Source of the DNA: Camelus ferus
Lineage: Eukaryota
Direction of reading: 5' to 3'
Assembly (NCBI RefSeq): GCF_009834535.1
Contig: NC_045696.1
Span: 49,106,001-49,170,000, forward strand
DNA length: 64,000 bases
Positions 26,140-38,949 of the stretch are shown piece after piece. How positions within the stretch are numbered: position 1 is the stretch's first letter; every line of letters begins with the position of its first letter. The notes beneath the pieces were generated by a model, which saw nothing but the letters and a program-made list of their open reading frames with translations, did not search any database and was not told the DNA's origin. Position numbers and translations under genes: made by a program.

Positions 26140-26480
26140 CATTTAATCATCCAAACTGGGAGCTATATGGTAGATACTGTTTTAGGTGGTTGGGTTTCAA
26201 CAGTGAAAAAATAAATAGATCCCTGTCCAGCCTTGTGGAACTTTCATTCTAGTGAAGGGAAAACAGACAATAAATAAAGATATAGTGAGTGCAGTAGAGA
26301 TAATCAAGCAATCTGTGTGTCAGGGGAATAGGGATTGGGGTTGGGGGCAGCTCTTTCATCTGGGGGTGCCATAGAAGAGCTCAATGACAAAGTTGAATTT
26401 GAGCAAGGGCCCAAGGGAAATATGAGGGAAAAACACAGTATGAATATATGAGGGAAGATCTTTGCAGTCGGAAATAGCTG
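26140..26480 (-). mobile_element. L2 3' fragment
   Basis: tactgttttaggtg...acagtgaaaaaa...ccttgtggaactttcattctagtg. Confidence 0.6.
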
Positions 26481-29400
26481 CATTTGATAAAAGTGGGTGG
26501 ACTTTTTTGTTGGTTTGCAGTTTGTTTTAAACTATTTACATAGTTCTGCTTTAGAAGACTGTGATTCTAACTGGGTAACATCAACTTATTGTCAACTAGA
26601 GTACCAACTCAAACATACCACAAAGCATTGCTCATCTCTTCCAATAAGGGAAAAGCTATACTTCCTCACGCAGTGGGTTATAAAAAATTTGCTGATGGTA
26701 AAAAGAACTAGCTGAAGTATGTACATAATAGTCTACCTCTACTACAAAATAATTTTTGTTTCAGAATCAGCTATGAAATTCTAATAGTCTCAAACTTTTA
26801 ATCTGGATTATTTGAGTAAATATAAAATGCCGGGCACTGTACATAATCACTTTTTTATTAAGATGTCAACCTCTGTTTTTCAGTTAAGAGTTCATGAATC
26901 TCGGTAGTTGATCAACAGTCTTTGAGGCAAAAAGTGGGATGGACATCATCAGTACTCTTAACTCCAAACAATGAAATCATTATTGGCATTAGAATCATGT
27001 TGCTTTTTGTTCAGATAATTTTTTGCCTTGGAAAAAGCATGCCTACTTTGGATTCCATAGTGCCAGAAGTATTAATAAGTTAGCTATGATTAAGTATTCC
27101 TTCAACCAGTTTGTCACTCAAACAATAAAGACGAACTTATCTGTAAAGTTAGGCGACTGAAAATGGTGTAAAACCTGGTAATACTCTCATGTTAAAGGTT
27201 TTTTTTCTTCTTTTTTTTTAAATCGACAGTAATTCTGGTCCTTGAAAAAAATGAGTTGTACCACACTAATGTAAAATCTTTTTCTGTAGCTAGTAATAAT
27301 TTCCAATATGAAAGCTTAAGGTAGGTATGTATTCATTTGAGGAGAAAGTAGTTTGAGATTGGACACTTAGAAGGTAGACATTTGAGTTACCTCGGTCAAT
27401 TTGTTTTCTAACTTTAAAAGAAATCTTGAGAGGTCAGTGGTGTCTTCTGGAAGGTAAGAACTTGGTTCTGGCAGGGAAACCACCACACAGGCTTGTAGTA
27501 TTTGCACTTAACCTCTGTGCCTCTGTTCCTCCAGCTGTCAAGTAGGGATAATGGTAATTGCAAATTTCCCTGGGAAGTAAGCATGTGCTTTGACATCTCT
27601 GGCTGAAGAGGCTATATCTACACAAATTATTATTATTAAAACATAATGCATGTATGCACAAAAACACCAGCATGGTGCTCTTTTAATGCTTATATAACAT
27701 GTACAAATACTGCTCTTCCATGCTCTCCACTTTAGGTAAGAGAATATAATCATAGCTTGCAACTAATCCAATTCTCAGAATATGGAGGAAATGTATCCTT
27801 TAAGGCTCCATATCATCCTTTTGAGAAGCACTAAACCTGTTAATCCCTCATGGTCTCTGTAGCAATTGCATGAATGGCCCCCATATTAAGCTTTTGGCAC
27901 CTTTTCAAATATTGGCTAAATTACTTTTGTTTTTTTCCTGGAGATTAGAACCACCAGGGAAAGGCTAGGGGAATGAAACTGGCTAGCGATATTAAAATTT
28001 TGGTTGTTTAACATTTAACTGAGTCTCAACAACGTGTTAAAGTGCTACCTAAACAGATAATTAGCTATTCGTTGCACAGTGGGCTCTGTCTAAATTTAGC
28101 TGTGACATTAGGTTTAGAGAATGAGAAAATAGGAAAAGAAATTTTCTCAAGGGAAACGGTGGTGTCAGCACAGCTGAGGAATGTCACAATGGCTACATTT
28201 CGTCAATTATGATCATCATCAGGGCATCTCCCAGAGCGATACAGGACAAGGTTTATTCATAAGTGCATCCTGAGAATAGGTGATGGAAAGGAGTGTTGCA
28301 GGAGACAGGTTTACAGGGGACGACAGAGGCAGACAGGCAGAGAGGGGAGAGAAAAGTAGGTGGAGGGAAAGAGGTACTTAAACCGAGCACTGGACGACAG
28401 GCTGGGAGGCGGAAGTTAAGAAAAAAGAGCGGTGGGCAGGGGGTAGAATTGTGTGTAGTCTTGGAGGTGAGTAAAACCTTGTTAGCCAGTGGGTGGAGGC
28501 TGGGGAGACCTTAGCGATTGAAGGGGGAGGACAGCGTAATCTTGGCGGCAGACAAGCATTAGTTTAACGGCGGCTGGCTCCTTATTCGACTTTCTTCTTA
28601 TTGGAGCACATTTGTGGCTATCTGATGGAGATGGCAGAACCAACGTAAAATTAATGGATTGAGAACGTATGTCCTCTGCCTCCACTGGAGCCCCTCTCGG
28701 GACAGTCGAAACTGTCCACCACCCAGCAGAACCGCCGGTGATTGTAGCTCCAAGGTTAACCACCAGGACTGTGTGTGGCAGGCAAATGGAGAGGGCAGGG
28801 CGAGGGGACATCGGGGTGAGGGAAGGTTGTGGTGGATCACAGACTCTCCTCTTAGGGGCAAATGTTTACTACTTCCCGAGGTCGCTTTTCCGCGATCAGT
28901 TCACAAGAAAACAGGCAATGAAAATAAAATTACACGTGCGAACATGCAAATGAAACAAAACCAAAGGAAAACACCACCGCACTCTAGGCGATCCGATGGG
29001 GGAAATCCATGGCCTCCTGTTGCCGGTCGCCCAGCGGGGATAGCAGACAGCCCCGCGGCCAAAGAAGCAAGAGTGAGAAAGCAAATCTTTCGCGGCCCCT
29101 CTCCTCGCCCGGCTCTGTTGACCCTTTCACCAAACCGCCCTCCCAGAGAAAGGAGCAAGAAAAAAAAAACGCCTGTGCAAACGTGCCTCGGCGGGTTTGG
29201 GGGAAGTGGGGAGGGGAAAAAGGAGGGATTCGGAGATCACAGCTGTCCCGGGAAGCAGGAAGAAGGAGAAAGTCTCTCCTTTCAGCCCTCGGCGAGGAGG
29301 GAGATGCCTAGTCCATTAGGCTACGTCCAGCGTCCCACACAGGAACCTTTAGCATGGGCAACGGAAGGGCAGCCCCATCCTGCCTTCTCTTCCCCACCCC

Positions 29401-30058
29401 CTCTCCTCGGGTCCCAGCCAGAGGGAGAGCGCCGCTCGGGCGAGGCGAGCCGGGAGCACGAAACGTCCCGCCGCCCTCCGCCTCAGTCTGCGCCGGGGCC
29501 GCGGTGGACCCGCGAGGGGCGGAGTGGGCGAGACCATTAGAAAGGCTGGGAAGGGGGGGACGAGGCAGGAACGCAAGGGGCGGGGCCTACTAACCTATTC
29601 CAGATTTTCCAGTCCTCTTTAAAACCCTGCTTTGGAAGAAACCTGGCTATCAAAGAGGAGTGAAGAGTTTTTTGGGTTTTTTTTGGGGGGGGGGGGAAGG
29701 GGAGGAGCGTGTGTGGGAGGGCGGGGTGGGAGGAGCGCGGCTTGCACTCCGGGATCAGACGGGAGCGCGAGTTGCGCGGGCTGGGCGGGCGAGTCCCAGC
29801 TCCCGCTCTGAGGGTCGGCTTCCTTTCCCCCTCCCGTGCGGGGCGGGGTGGTGCGTTCCAAGTTCCCAGGAGTTCGAGGCGGGCGGGAGGCTGGCGGGTG
29901 CCGGGGGGAGGGGAGTGGCGGCGGCGGGCGGCTCCCGCCTCAGCCTCGGCAGTGGCGTCGGCGACGGCGGAGTCGAGGCAGCCGCGAGCGCTCGGCTGAG
30001 TGTCAGCCGGCGGCGACGGCTCAAGAACTGGGAGTTGGGGACGCGCGCACCGGACCTT

Positions 30059-30088
<30 letters not shown>
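30059..30088 (+). repeat. (CCG)10 trinucleotide repeat in the NECTIN3 5' leader
   Basis: Ten perfect CCG units ending 96 nt upstream of the ATG. Confidence 0.95.
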
Positions 30089-30089
<1 letters not shown>

Positions 30090-30184
30090 GCCGTGGCCGC
30101 TGCTGCCGCCGCCCAGAGCCTGAGGCTGCGGGGCCGGGGAAGCCAGGGGGCGGGCAAGCGAGCGGGCCGGGGGGAGGGTGGGGG

Positions 30185-30347
30185 ATGGCGCGGACCCCGG
30201 GGCTGGCTCCGCTGTGTCCCGGAGGCGGCAAAGCACAACTTTCCTCCGCTTCTCCCCCCGGGGCCGGGCTCCTGCTGTCGCCCCCGACGCCACCGCCACT
30301 GCTGCTGCTGCTGCTTTTCCCGCTGCTGTTCTTCTCCCGGCTCTGTG
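30185..30347 (+). CDS. NECTIN3: Nectin-3 coding exon 1 (signal peptide; 54 codons plus 1 nt, phase-1 intron follows)
   Basis: ATG at 30185 in strong Kozak context (gggATGg) gives MARTPGLAPLCPGGGKAQLSSASPPGAGLLLSPPTPPPLLLLLLFPLLFFSRLC(G), closely matching the recalled human nectin-3 N-terminus MARTLRPSPLCPGGGKAQLSSAS...FSRLCG. Donor G|GTAGGT at 30347/30348. Lies in a CpG island. Confidence 0.96.
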
Positions 30348-33344
30348 GTAGGTGAACCTCGGCGGCCGGCGCGGGCTGAGGGAGGCGCGACCGAGGGTCC
30401 CGGCGCCGCGGCCCGGTAGGCGCGGGCCGCTCTCCCTGGCGGGAGGCGGTTGTGTTCGGCGGTTGGCTGCGTGAGCGGGTGCCGCGGACTTTGGCTGGAA
30501 ACTTTTCGCCGCGCCCGGGGCGAGGCCGGGGAAGGGCCGGGGCCGGGGCCGGCCAGTGCGGCGCTGGCCGCCCGCTCCCCTCCCCCGGGGCCGCGCCGCT
30601 CTCCACGCTGCGGGCCGGGGTTCGGCGGAGGTGCTTTCCGCCCGGACGCCGAGTGCTTGGTGATCAGGGCTTCTCCGTGTTTGCTCCCGGGACCGTTACT
30701 TCCTCCCTCATTCACGGAGGAAGCTGAAAGCGCGGACCTCTGTGCTGGGGACTGAGGTGCCGGGATGCTCGTTTGCCGCCTTCTTTTTTTCCCGGGTGAA
30801 ACTTAAGTTGTGAGCCTGGATACCTTTAGGGACCAGACCCCGACGGAATGAAGCCCTCGGAATACCCACCCCTCATCACCTTACACGCTGGAGAAGACAC
30901 CATGTTAGCCCACCCTGTAGCATCCTTTCCAGTCAGTTTCCTTCTGTCCTCCGGCCCCTTTCTGCCCTGGCAGCCTCTGGATCTCTTTGCTTCGAGCCGG
31001 TCGCTGCCTTCTAGTTTGGGACATCTATCACACTGTCCATGTTTATTTTATCAAACCCTTTTTGTGCTCAGGACTTCGATATATTTATGTGTTAAATACC
31101 TGAATGCATTGACTGTGTCCCCGGCTGTTCTGATCAAAACAAGTCCCACGCCTCTTCCCTGTCTCTTTCTTCCTTCTTGTTGTGTTACAGACTTTTTGTT
31201 TGGGGCGGGGGCGTCGTCACATTTGGGAGATAGTCTCTTTGTAATCAGTTTCTAGGTATGGGAAGACTAGAAGCCTATTTGTTGGGGATCGTGTAAAAAA
31301 TATTGCATTCTCATGCAAGAGAAGTGGACGTAAGTGATCATTAATAGAAGGCCGTGGTTTGAGAAAATGAGGCCCCTAGTCTTTGGGGACTAGATCTGTC
31401 TTTTGGTAACAGCTAAACACTGCAGGACATTATTCATTCGATGACTCTCACTTGATGAGGAAAGTGGAGAAACAAAACTTAGGCTTGCTGAAAGAGTGGT
31501 TTACCTAAGTATTTTTACTGGTATACAAGTCTGCTGTAAGAGATCAGTGTTTAATGAAATCTTAAATGAAACCGTAAGTTTTACCAGTATTTATTACAAA
31601 GAGAGATGTGTGCAGATTTCTTGGATGGTTTGATTTAGAAGAAAGAGAATCCTGTACCCTGTAGGTGTGTCAGGGTTGTTGGTTATGAGGGAGGCAAAGT
31701 TTTCAAGAGATTGAGTGCCCCTTATAGGCTGACAGTTTCCACTACCAGATCACCATCACGTTTCAAGCACTGTAATGACATTTTCTAATTAATGGAGTAC
31801 AGTATGATAAATGGCATGTTATCTAATCTACATTGTTTCTATAGTCCCACTCCCCAGATGTTTGGTTCCACTGCACAGTTCCTAACGCTGTTACTTCTTT
31901 AAGTTGATGGAAGATTCTAGATTGAATTTGTGTACTGTTCTTTTTCATTAAAGAGGATTGTGGATTACAATTGGGTGAGAGGAAAATGGGAGGGGATGTT
32001 AATAGTTTACTATCCTGATTTAGATTGTGTTAAGGACTAAGAGAATATTACTTGTACCTCCAATAAAGTTTTATCTAGCTAGGCAAAGCCCCACAGAAGA
32101 CTAAGCCAAGGAATATGTGCAAGTAATAAAAGGAAATAGGATTTGAGTAATAATTTCACAGTGATTGTGTAAGTGAAATGTTGATTACTTTTTGAAGGAA
32201 CACATTGGTTTTCACATGGGAGGAGAAAAAAGTTTAAAAAAACCTCTTTAATAATGTGCTGTTGGAGGGACTTGATACTTTATTTTAGAATCCTAAAAAT
32301 TCAAGCAGTACAGGCAAATGGACTGTGATTTAGAAGAGGTGTAAATTAAAGTTTTTAGAGTTAACTCTGCTTGTAGTTGTAGAGACAGACGCTAGGTTTG
32401 TGTTGCTGTGCACTGCTCATTTAAAGAGCTTCCTTTTTTGGCTTATAGTGTTATAACACCCTAATTTGTGAACCCTATGACAAGTTTTTTCCATCAACCT
32501 TTATTTTAGAATTCAGTCTTTGAGTAGGGCACAGTTGTCCTGATTTATGGGTACTTCGTAAGTATGGAAGCAGAATTTTCTCTATGTAACCTGTTTTCTG
32601 ATCTAACAGTCATAGTACTGGTTACAAGGTTTGGCATGTACTGATGTTTGAGTTGTTAGTTTTAGAGTTGAGAAGAACTGTAGGCTTTAAAAAGGTGACT
32701 CTGATGATTTGTTAATCAGAATGCTTATCTTATAACATACAAATTATTTTTTCTTTTTGCTACTATTTTTGATATACTGCTTATGTTTAACATGGTTCTA
32801 ACTATGCTAAACTTTTACAGTATCTATTAACACAAAATAGTATTTTTGTCATGTTAAGTTTATTACTATTAAAAAAAAAACCCTCGTGTCAAATTAGATA
32901 TGAAATTCTGAGAGCTAAAACTTTTTTCATTTCAACAAGGTTTTATCTTAAATGGATATTTGGAGGATAATAGGAAAAAAGATCTAATAATTGAACCTTT
33001 AACAGCACTTTCAGAACTTCCTATATTCCTGACACTTGGGAACATAAAACATGAATAAGACAGAGTCCTGGCTTCAAGGAGCTTACAGCATTATGGTAGA
33101 CATAAAGTAAATAGATGATTATAAGGCAGCTCAGTGTTTATATGATAGAGGTCTGTATGAGGTGTACTATGTGTTACGCAGAAGAGGGATGCCTAACCTA
33201 CTAGGTAAAGATATGAGTGTAAACCGAGAAAAAAAGTTACTTTAAAAAAAGCAGTTGAGTCAGATTTTCTTATTGAGACTTAGACATTGTGGTAGGTGGT
33301 ATAAGTTTGTGTTCTCTCACCCAGTTTATGATTTAGGGCCTAAA

Positions 33345-33560
33345 TAGGGAATTTGATTCTGAAAAAAGACTGCCACTTACTAGCTGTGTGAATCATTGGT
33401 AAGTTATTTAACCTCAGTAAACTTAAGGCTTCTCATCTTTTTCAGAAAAGGATAGTATCAGTTTGCCTGTAGAGTTCTTGTGAGGATTAAATGAAAGAAT
33501 AAAACACTTAGCAGAGAGCGTGAAATATACCTTCAAATGTTTAGCGTGTATTATATTGCA
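33345..33560 (+). mobile_element. MIR SINE
   Basis: ctgccacttactagctgtgtga...ggtaagttatttaacctc...tgtgaggattaaatga. Confidence 0.75.
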
Positions 33561-35006
33561 TATTATAAACCAACTAACCTGATACTTGTTGTTCTTAAAT
33601 TCTACCTTGATGACCTGAATAGTTGAGTTTTCAAGTTGATTGACTTGTTGTATTTGCACTTTATGTCTTTGAATGTATATAGCCCAGTCAGTGCTTTTTA
33701 AATATTTTTAAAATTTACCTTGGGTAAATATACAGATGCCCGATTTTAAGAATGTTAGAATACGGTGAAATTACCTCAACTGTGTAATTGTATGGAACCT
33801 AGTTGAATCTTCCCTTAATGATGTAGAATACATTTTAGGACTTGGCAGTTGCATATGATCAGTTAGAATGTTAGTGGTTATATTTGAAAAATGTGGAGTT
33901 GAAAATGTGGGGTTGAAGAGGTATTCACAGTTTCACTTCTATTTTATCAAGTTACTAGCGGTATCAGGTCGGAGCCTATAATACTTACTGCCCATATGAA
34001 TCTTTCTGAATCCTAAACAGATACAAATGGAAAGTGAACCAAATTTAAAAGCAATCAGAAAAGACCCTTTTTTGCATTTAGCTATAGTGTCAGAAAAAGG
34101 AATTGGAAAAAGCTGAGCAATTACATACTTGTAGGTGTATGTATATTTACTGTTTTATCTTGTTTATGCCACTTATGCTTATATATATATTTAATGATTC
34201 AGCAGCTCTTATATACATTTTGCATCTGTATAGTTAAGGAATAAAACTTATGGCTTATGCCTATTATTTGAAAATCATTGAAGAGAACCTGTCAGTGATA
34301 CCCTTGTTAAAAAATAGAGTATTTTGACAGTTTATAATTTACTCCTTAAAAAATTAGCGAGTTAAAAATATATTGCTATAGCATATTCTGTAATCTATTA
34401 AAGTCCTTGTAAAGAGTGACAGTCTGGACTGTATGGTTTGTGAAAGATGTGATACTTAATTAATAATGGCTATTAATATGTAAATGTAGGATAAAGTCGA
34501 ATAACTTTTAAGTAAGTGATGGAATGATTTTGTGTGCCAGACACTCAGATCCAAAAATCTAAGCACCATTTATTTCATAACTTTTGATTACCTTTTATAT
34601 TTTTATGTAAAATTACCTTTCAAGCCTGAACCTGTATCCTTTCCTGAATTTCAGAAAGCTTATGATTTTTATTTTTACAATAGACTCTGATATAGTTTAA
34701 TCATTTATGTAAATAAAATTTGTTGTGAATCATTATCCAGGTTGAACTTTAAGTTTTTTCCTAAATGACAATTATAGGTCATGAATTCAAAATTTTAGTG
34801 AGACCTGTCTCCTGTAAGTCTATATACAGCTTTTCTTCTTCCTGAAGTAATTACTCTATATGTTCATTGTTTAGTATTTAATTAAAAGTTATTTTGTGAT
34901 GTGTTCTCTTTGCAGTAAAGACCTTGCCTCAGGCTTCACTGTATGTATCATAGCAAATACACAGAATCAACACATGTTAATTTTTTAAACTATATAGGTT
35001 TTAACA

Positions 35007-35564
35007 TGTCAGGGAGGAAGAAATTTTTTTCTACCTTTCTAGATTCTTTTGGCTGGTCTAAGAATTACATTGACATGAGACAGAGTAACAGGAGAAAATC
35101 AAGCAAAATTTAATAGCATGTATACGTGGAAGAGACCCAGGAAAATTAACGTGTCAAAATGGCCAAAACTCTCACCTTAAATACTATCTTCCCTTAAAGA
35201 CAAAAGAGAGTGTTGGGGGTAGTGATTTGGGACTTCAGAGGAGAGGAAGATAATTCACATGAAGGTGGAAAAGCAAATGTTTGGTAAACAAATGTTTTCT
35301 GGGCCTTGTAGAAACAATGGGACGCAGAGTGGACTCTGATCTCTAGGCCCTGCTGAGTTTCCCCCACCACAGTTAGCCTGTACTCTTTGCAGATATCTCT
35401 GATGATAGCTTAATTGTAGAACAGCCCTGCTATCTAAATTTTTTTAGGCAGTTAGAGGGAAGGTCACAGTTTCTTCCTGAGACTTTTGGGCCTTGATTGT
35501 TTTCAGCTTGAAATAATTGTGTACTAAAGATATGTTTTGGAGTGGCAGATTTTGCTCCCCTACA
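35007..35564 (-). mobile_element. ERV1-class (MER34/39-related) solo LTR with perfect 4-bp TSD
   Basis: TG...CA termini, TSD AACA at 35003-35006 and 35565-35568. Its reverse strand resembles the LTR at 14717-15220. Confidence 0.82.
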
Positions 35565-38443
35565 AACATTTGCTTTTTTCCCCCCTTAATAACTGTTTAA
35601 GGAATTTGCTATAGAACAAAATGAAATCAAGAGAATACTTGGTTTATGATTTCATCTTCCATGTTGAAATAAAATAATAAAACAGAATAATAGCTGTAAT
35701 AAATAACTACAAAAACTCTTCTAAGTTTGACTTCATTTCCTGTCTGATCCTAGGTATCTTTCAAATCCTTAGTCCCTGGAGCAAATTCTATTCATTTTTT
35801 CATGCTTTTAGATTTAGAGCAATGTTTGCCAAAGTGTTTAACAGAATGCTAGTCTCAGAAGATATGTTTTGGGAAGAAAATACCATAATTGAATACATTT
35901 AGGAGTGGGAAAAACTAACCATGTAACCCCCTCCCTCTTGGAAAGTCACGGTGTACATTAGTTAATTAATGGTCTAAGAAATTCTTGAGTAAACGATCCT
36001 TTTTTGCAGCCTAATTAAACAACCTGTTATGTTGCAGAAGCTATATTTATATTGTACAGAAGACACTATAGGAATTCTATCCTTAGAAAGGCTTGTATAC
36101 TTGATAATATTCCTATCTTGACATTGTTCCTATTCCTACCTTCCAAAATGGGTAGAGGGGAAGAGTATGGGTGTGTGTGGGGGGTGTGTATGTATATATA
36201 TATGTATATACATATATATATATAGTATTTATTTATTTAGTAAACTGGAAAAGGTTGATAAGTTTTAAAGATGTTGCTTGGTGAGGAAGTTTTTCATTGG
36301 TTTTTCCTTTTTCTAAAAGTTCTTTTCACTTTGTTTAGTTCTGTCTCATTATTCTCCATTGTCTTACCCATTTTGAATCTGAGGTTTTGCAGAATTGACC
36401 TTCTAGGAGAAATATGGTGGTTCTTCTTTGGTGTTGCAAAATCAGCAGTATATTATTTACCCTAGAATATATGTGGTTTAAGCAGCTTTGGTGGGACACC
36501 TCACTTTATACATAACATGTCTCAGTCTGGGCTTGAGTTTTGGGAATAAAGTGGTTTAATTTAAGAAAGCTGTTTTGTTTTGTAATGGAGCTATACCAGT
36601 GCTGTTACTGGGAAGAACATGAAAAAAATTGATGCAGATATGAAAAAGGTGCGTACAGCTAGGACTCCAACTCAGCGTTTGAGAACATTGTATGCAGTTA
36701 AAGAGTGTGCTTGACTCTTCTGTGGCTCCATTTCAGAGGAAAAACAAGAATATTAATCAAAAGTTAGTATTGGAAAACTATGGTAAGATGAATTGCATAT
36801 AGTGATTCTTCCTATGAGTTATCCATGATAGACATGATTGTCATTACTAAAATATCTGAGGTCATTGTTTTTGAAACTTCTTAATATTATATTTAATTTA
36901 GTCATAACTATTGTGGGCTATATTAAGATTTCCTTTCACAAGTGTCCTTGTCATTATGAATGCCAAAATCCCTTCTAATTTGATTTAGATTAGAGATAAT
37001 CATTCATGGTTATAATTTCAGTTTAAATTTGACTAAATTAGACAATAAACTATCTAGTATTTAAATTTCCTTAGAGATACCCTGGTTCCTTTATTGTAAA
37101 CGCAAAAATTTTTTAAAGCGTCTCAATTTGTTTAATTTTTTTTTCTTTAATTGAAGAGATTCAAATGGGAGACGGTACATAGCTAACAGTTCTGTGCTTA
37201 CTAAGGGCACTGGGCTAGAAAGTCATAACATTTTTCACTAAACCCATGAGTCTGCGTATGTTAATTGCTGTAGCAGTTACTTTAAATCCCTGATTTCTGT
37301 TTGTTGAATTTAAAAGAGGTAAAAAATTATCAAAAAAAGCTTTGGGAAACATGCAAATAATGCAGTTGTATTGAACATCAACTTTTATCGTAGCTACCTC
37401 ATCCCTATAAACAATTCTGAGATTATAAATATATGAATATTGTCATGATACAGTTTCATTTACCTAGTCCAAATTAAAACCAGAATGAACTTTAATATTG
37501 AAATAACAGTAAGATACTCCTCTTTCAAGTTGTTACCTTCTGTTTTTTATACACTAACTAGTACAGTGTCAAAGATTCATTATTTTTCTTTTAAAGCTGG
37601 TATAGCCCCTACAGTTGACTGATTTTGAATGACAAAAAGAAAGGCAAGTCAGGGCTAGAATTAGTAATACTAATGAAGACATCTTTCTTAGCAGGAAATA
37701 ACACTTTAGTTAGACTATTGACACTCTTTTCTGTATTTAAGAAAGATTATTTTTACACTTTTCAGTGTAAAACATTGTCAATTTTTAGATTCATAAGAGT
37801 TAGCAATTATGGTGGCTATTTTGAAACCATACATTGTTTATCAAACTTATTTTTCCATATATGTATGAAAGGATCTGGGCATTGATATATTTTTGTTATA
37901 TTTGTAACTGATAGTGAAAATATTTAAACATATATGTACTGGTGGAATTTTTATATAGCATGTCAAAAAGTCTCTTGTCTTGTAAAAGCTTTAATCCTAA
38001 CAGCATCTGTTAAAATATAAAAACAAATCTGAAGTTCCCTAAGAAAAATATATTATTTTTCTTTGAGAATACTACTGTTGCTTTGCTGCCCTCTACAGTC
38101 ATCTAAAATAGTCACTCTAGACTTTTCTTCCTTCAGATGATTAAAATACTTCCTTGACCTTTGTGTGAGCTTTAAATTTCAAGAGTGAGTTGAATAATAT
38201 TTACCCTTAAAATGTGATAACATTTTAATTAGTCACAACAGTTGATCTATACTGGTAATGCCAAAAATACAGTGCTTAGAAATTAAAGCAGGGGATGGAC
38301 TGTGGGCTACTGAGCATTAGTAAACAGATGATAGAGCACCAACCAAGTAGTAGGCAATATGGAGTATACCCCAGTGGAATAAGACGTGGTGACTGCTCCC
38401 AAGCTTATAAACCCATTGGTAAGACTAACTGCAAGTTAGATTT

Positions 38444-38477
<34 letters not shown>

Positions 38478-38769
38478 CATATGCACGAAAGTTATTTATA
38501 ATAACATACCAAGTAGTATGATACAGTCTAAAAAAAGATCGATAAGTCCTAGAAGAGTCAGGGAAAGCTAATTAGAGGAAATGATAATTCTGAGCTATGT
38601 CTTCAGGAATGGATGAGAGTTCAGACAGGTAAAACAGGGTTATTTCAGACAAGGAAGAGAATATTAAAACACAAAGCATTTTGTTCCACAGAAAGGACTG
38701 TTAGGTCCCTTGGAGTCTTTGCTCTTAAGAAATTTAAAATTTAACTGTTAGCAGATTTGGAATTAGAAA

Positions 38770-38771
<2 letters not shown>

Positions 38772-38807
<36 letters not shown>
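38772..38807. repeat. (TG)18 microsatellite
   Basis: Read directly. Confidence 0.95.
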
Positions 38808-38810
<3 letters not shown>

Positions 38811-38949
38811 TTTAAACCCAATTACTTAACTTTCTGCCTGTTTCATGCCCTATACACTTAGCTAAATGATACCTCCTTTGCAGCATTGCTGTGAAAATTA
38901 AATGAAATCCTTATGAATGGCAGTCAAGTGCTTTACAAATACAAATACC

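Larger units (their letters stand above)
28950..30860. promoter_or_regulatory. CpG-island promoter of NECTIN3, including 5'UTR, exon 1 and start of intron 1
   Basis: Very GC- and CpG-rich compared with the AT-rich flanks, several GGGCGG Sp1 boxes, no obvious TATA box, surrounds the ATG. Limits approximate. Confidence 0.92.

Noticed and set aside
28659..30755. Many long overlapping ORFs (293, 392, 283 and 231 aa) on both strands
   Set aside because: Low-complexity Pro/Arg/Gly/Ala translations expected from stop-poor CpG-island DNA. Only 30185-30347 matches a known protein.
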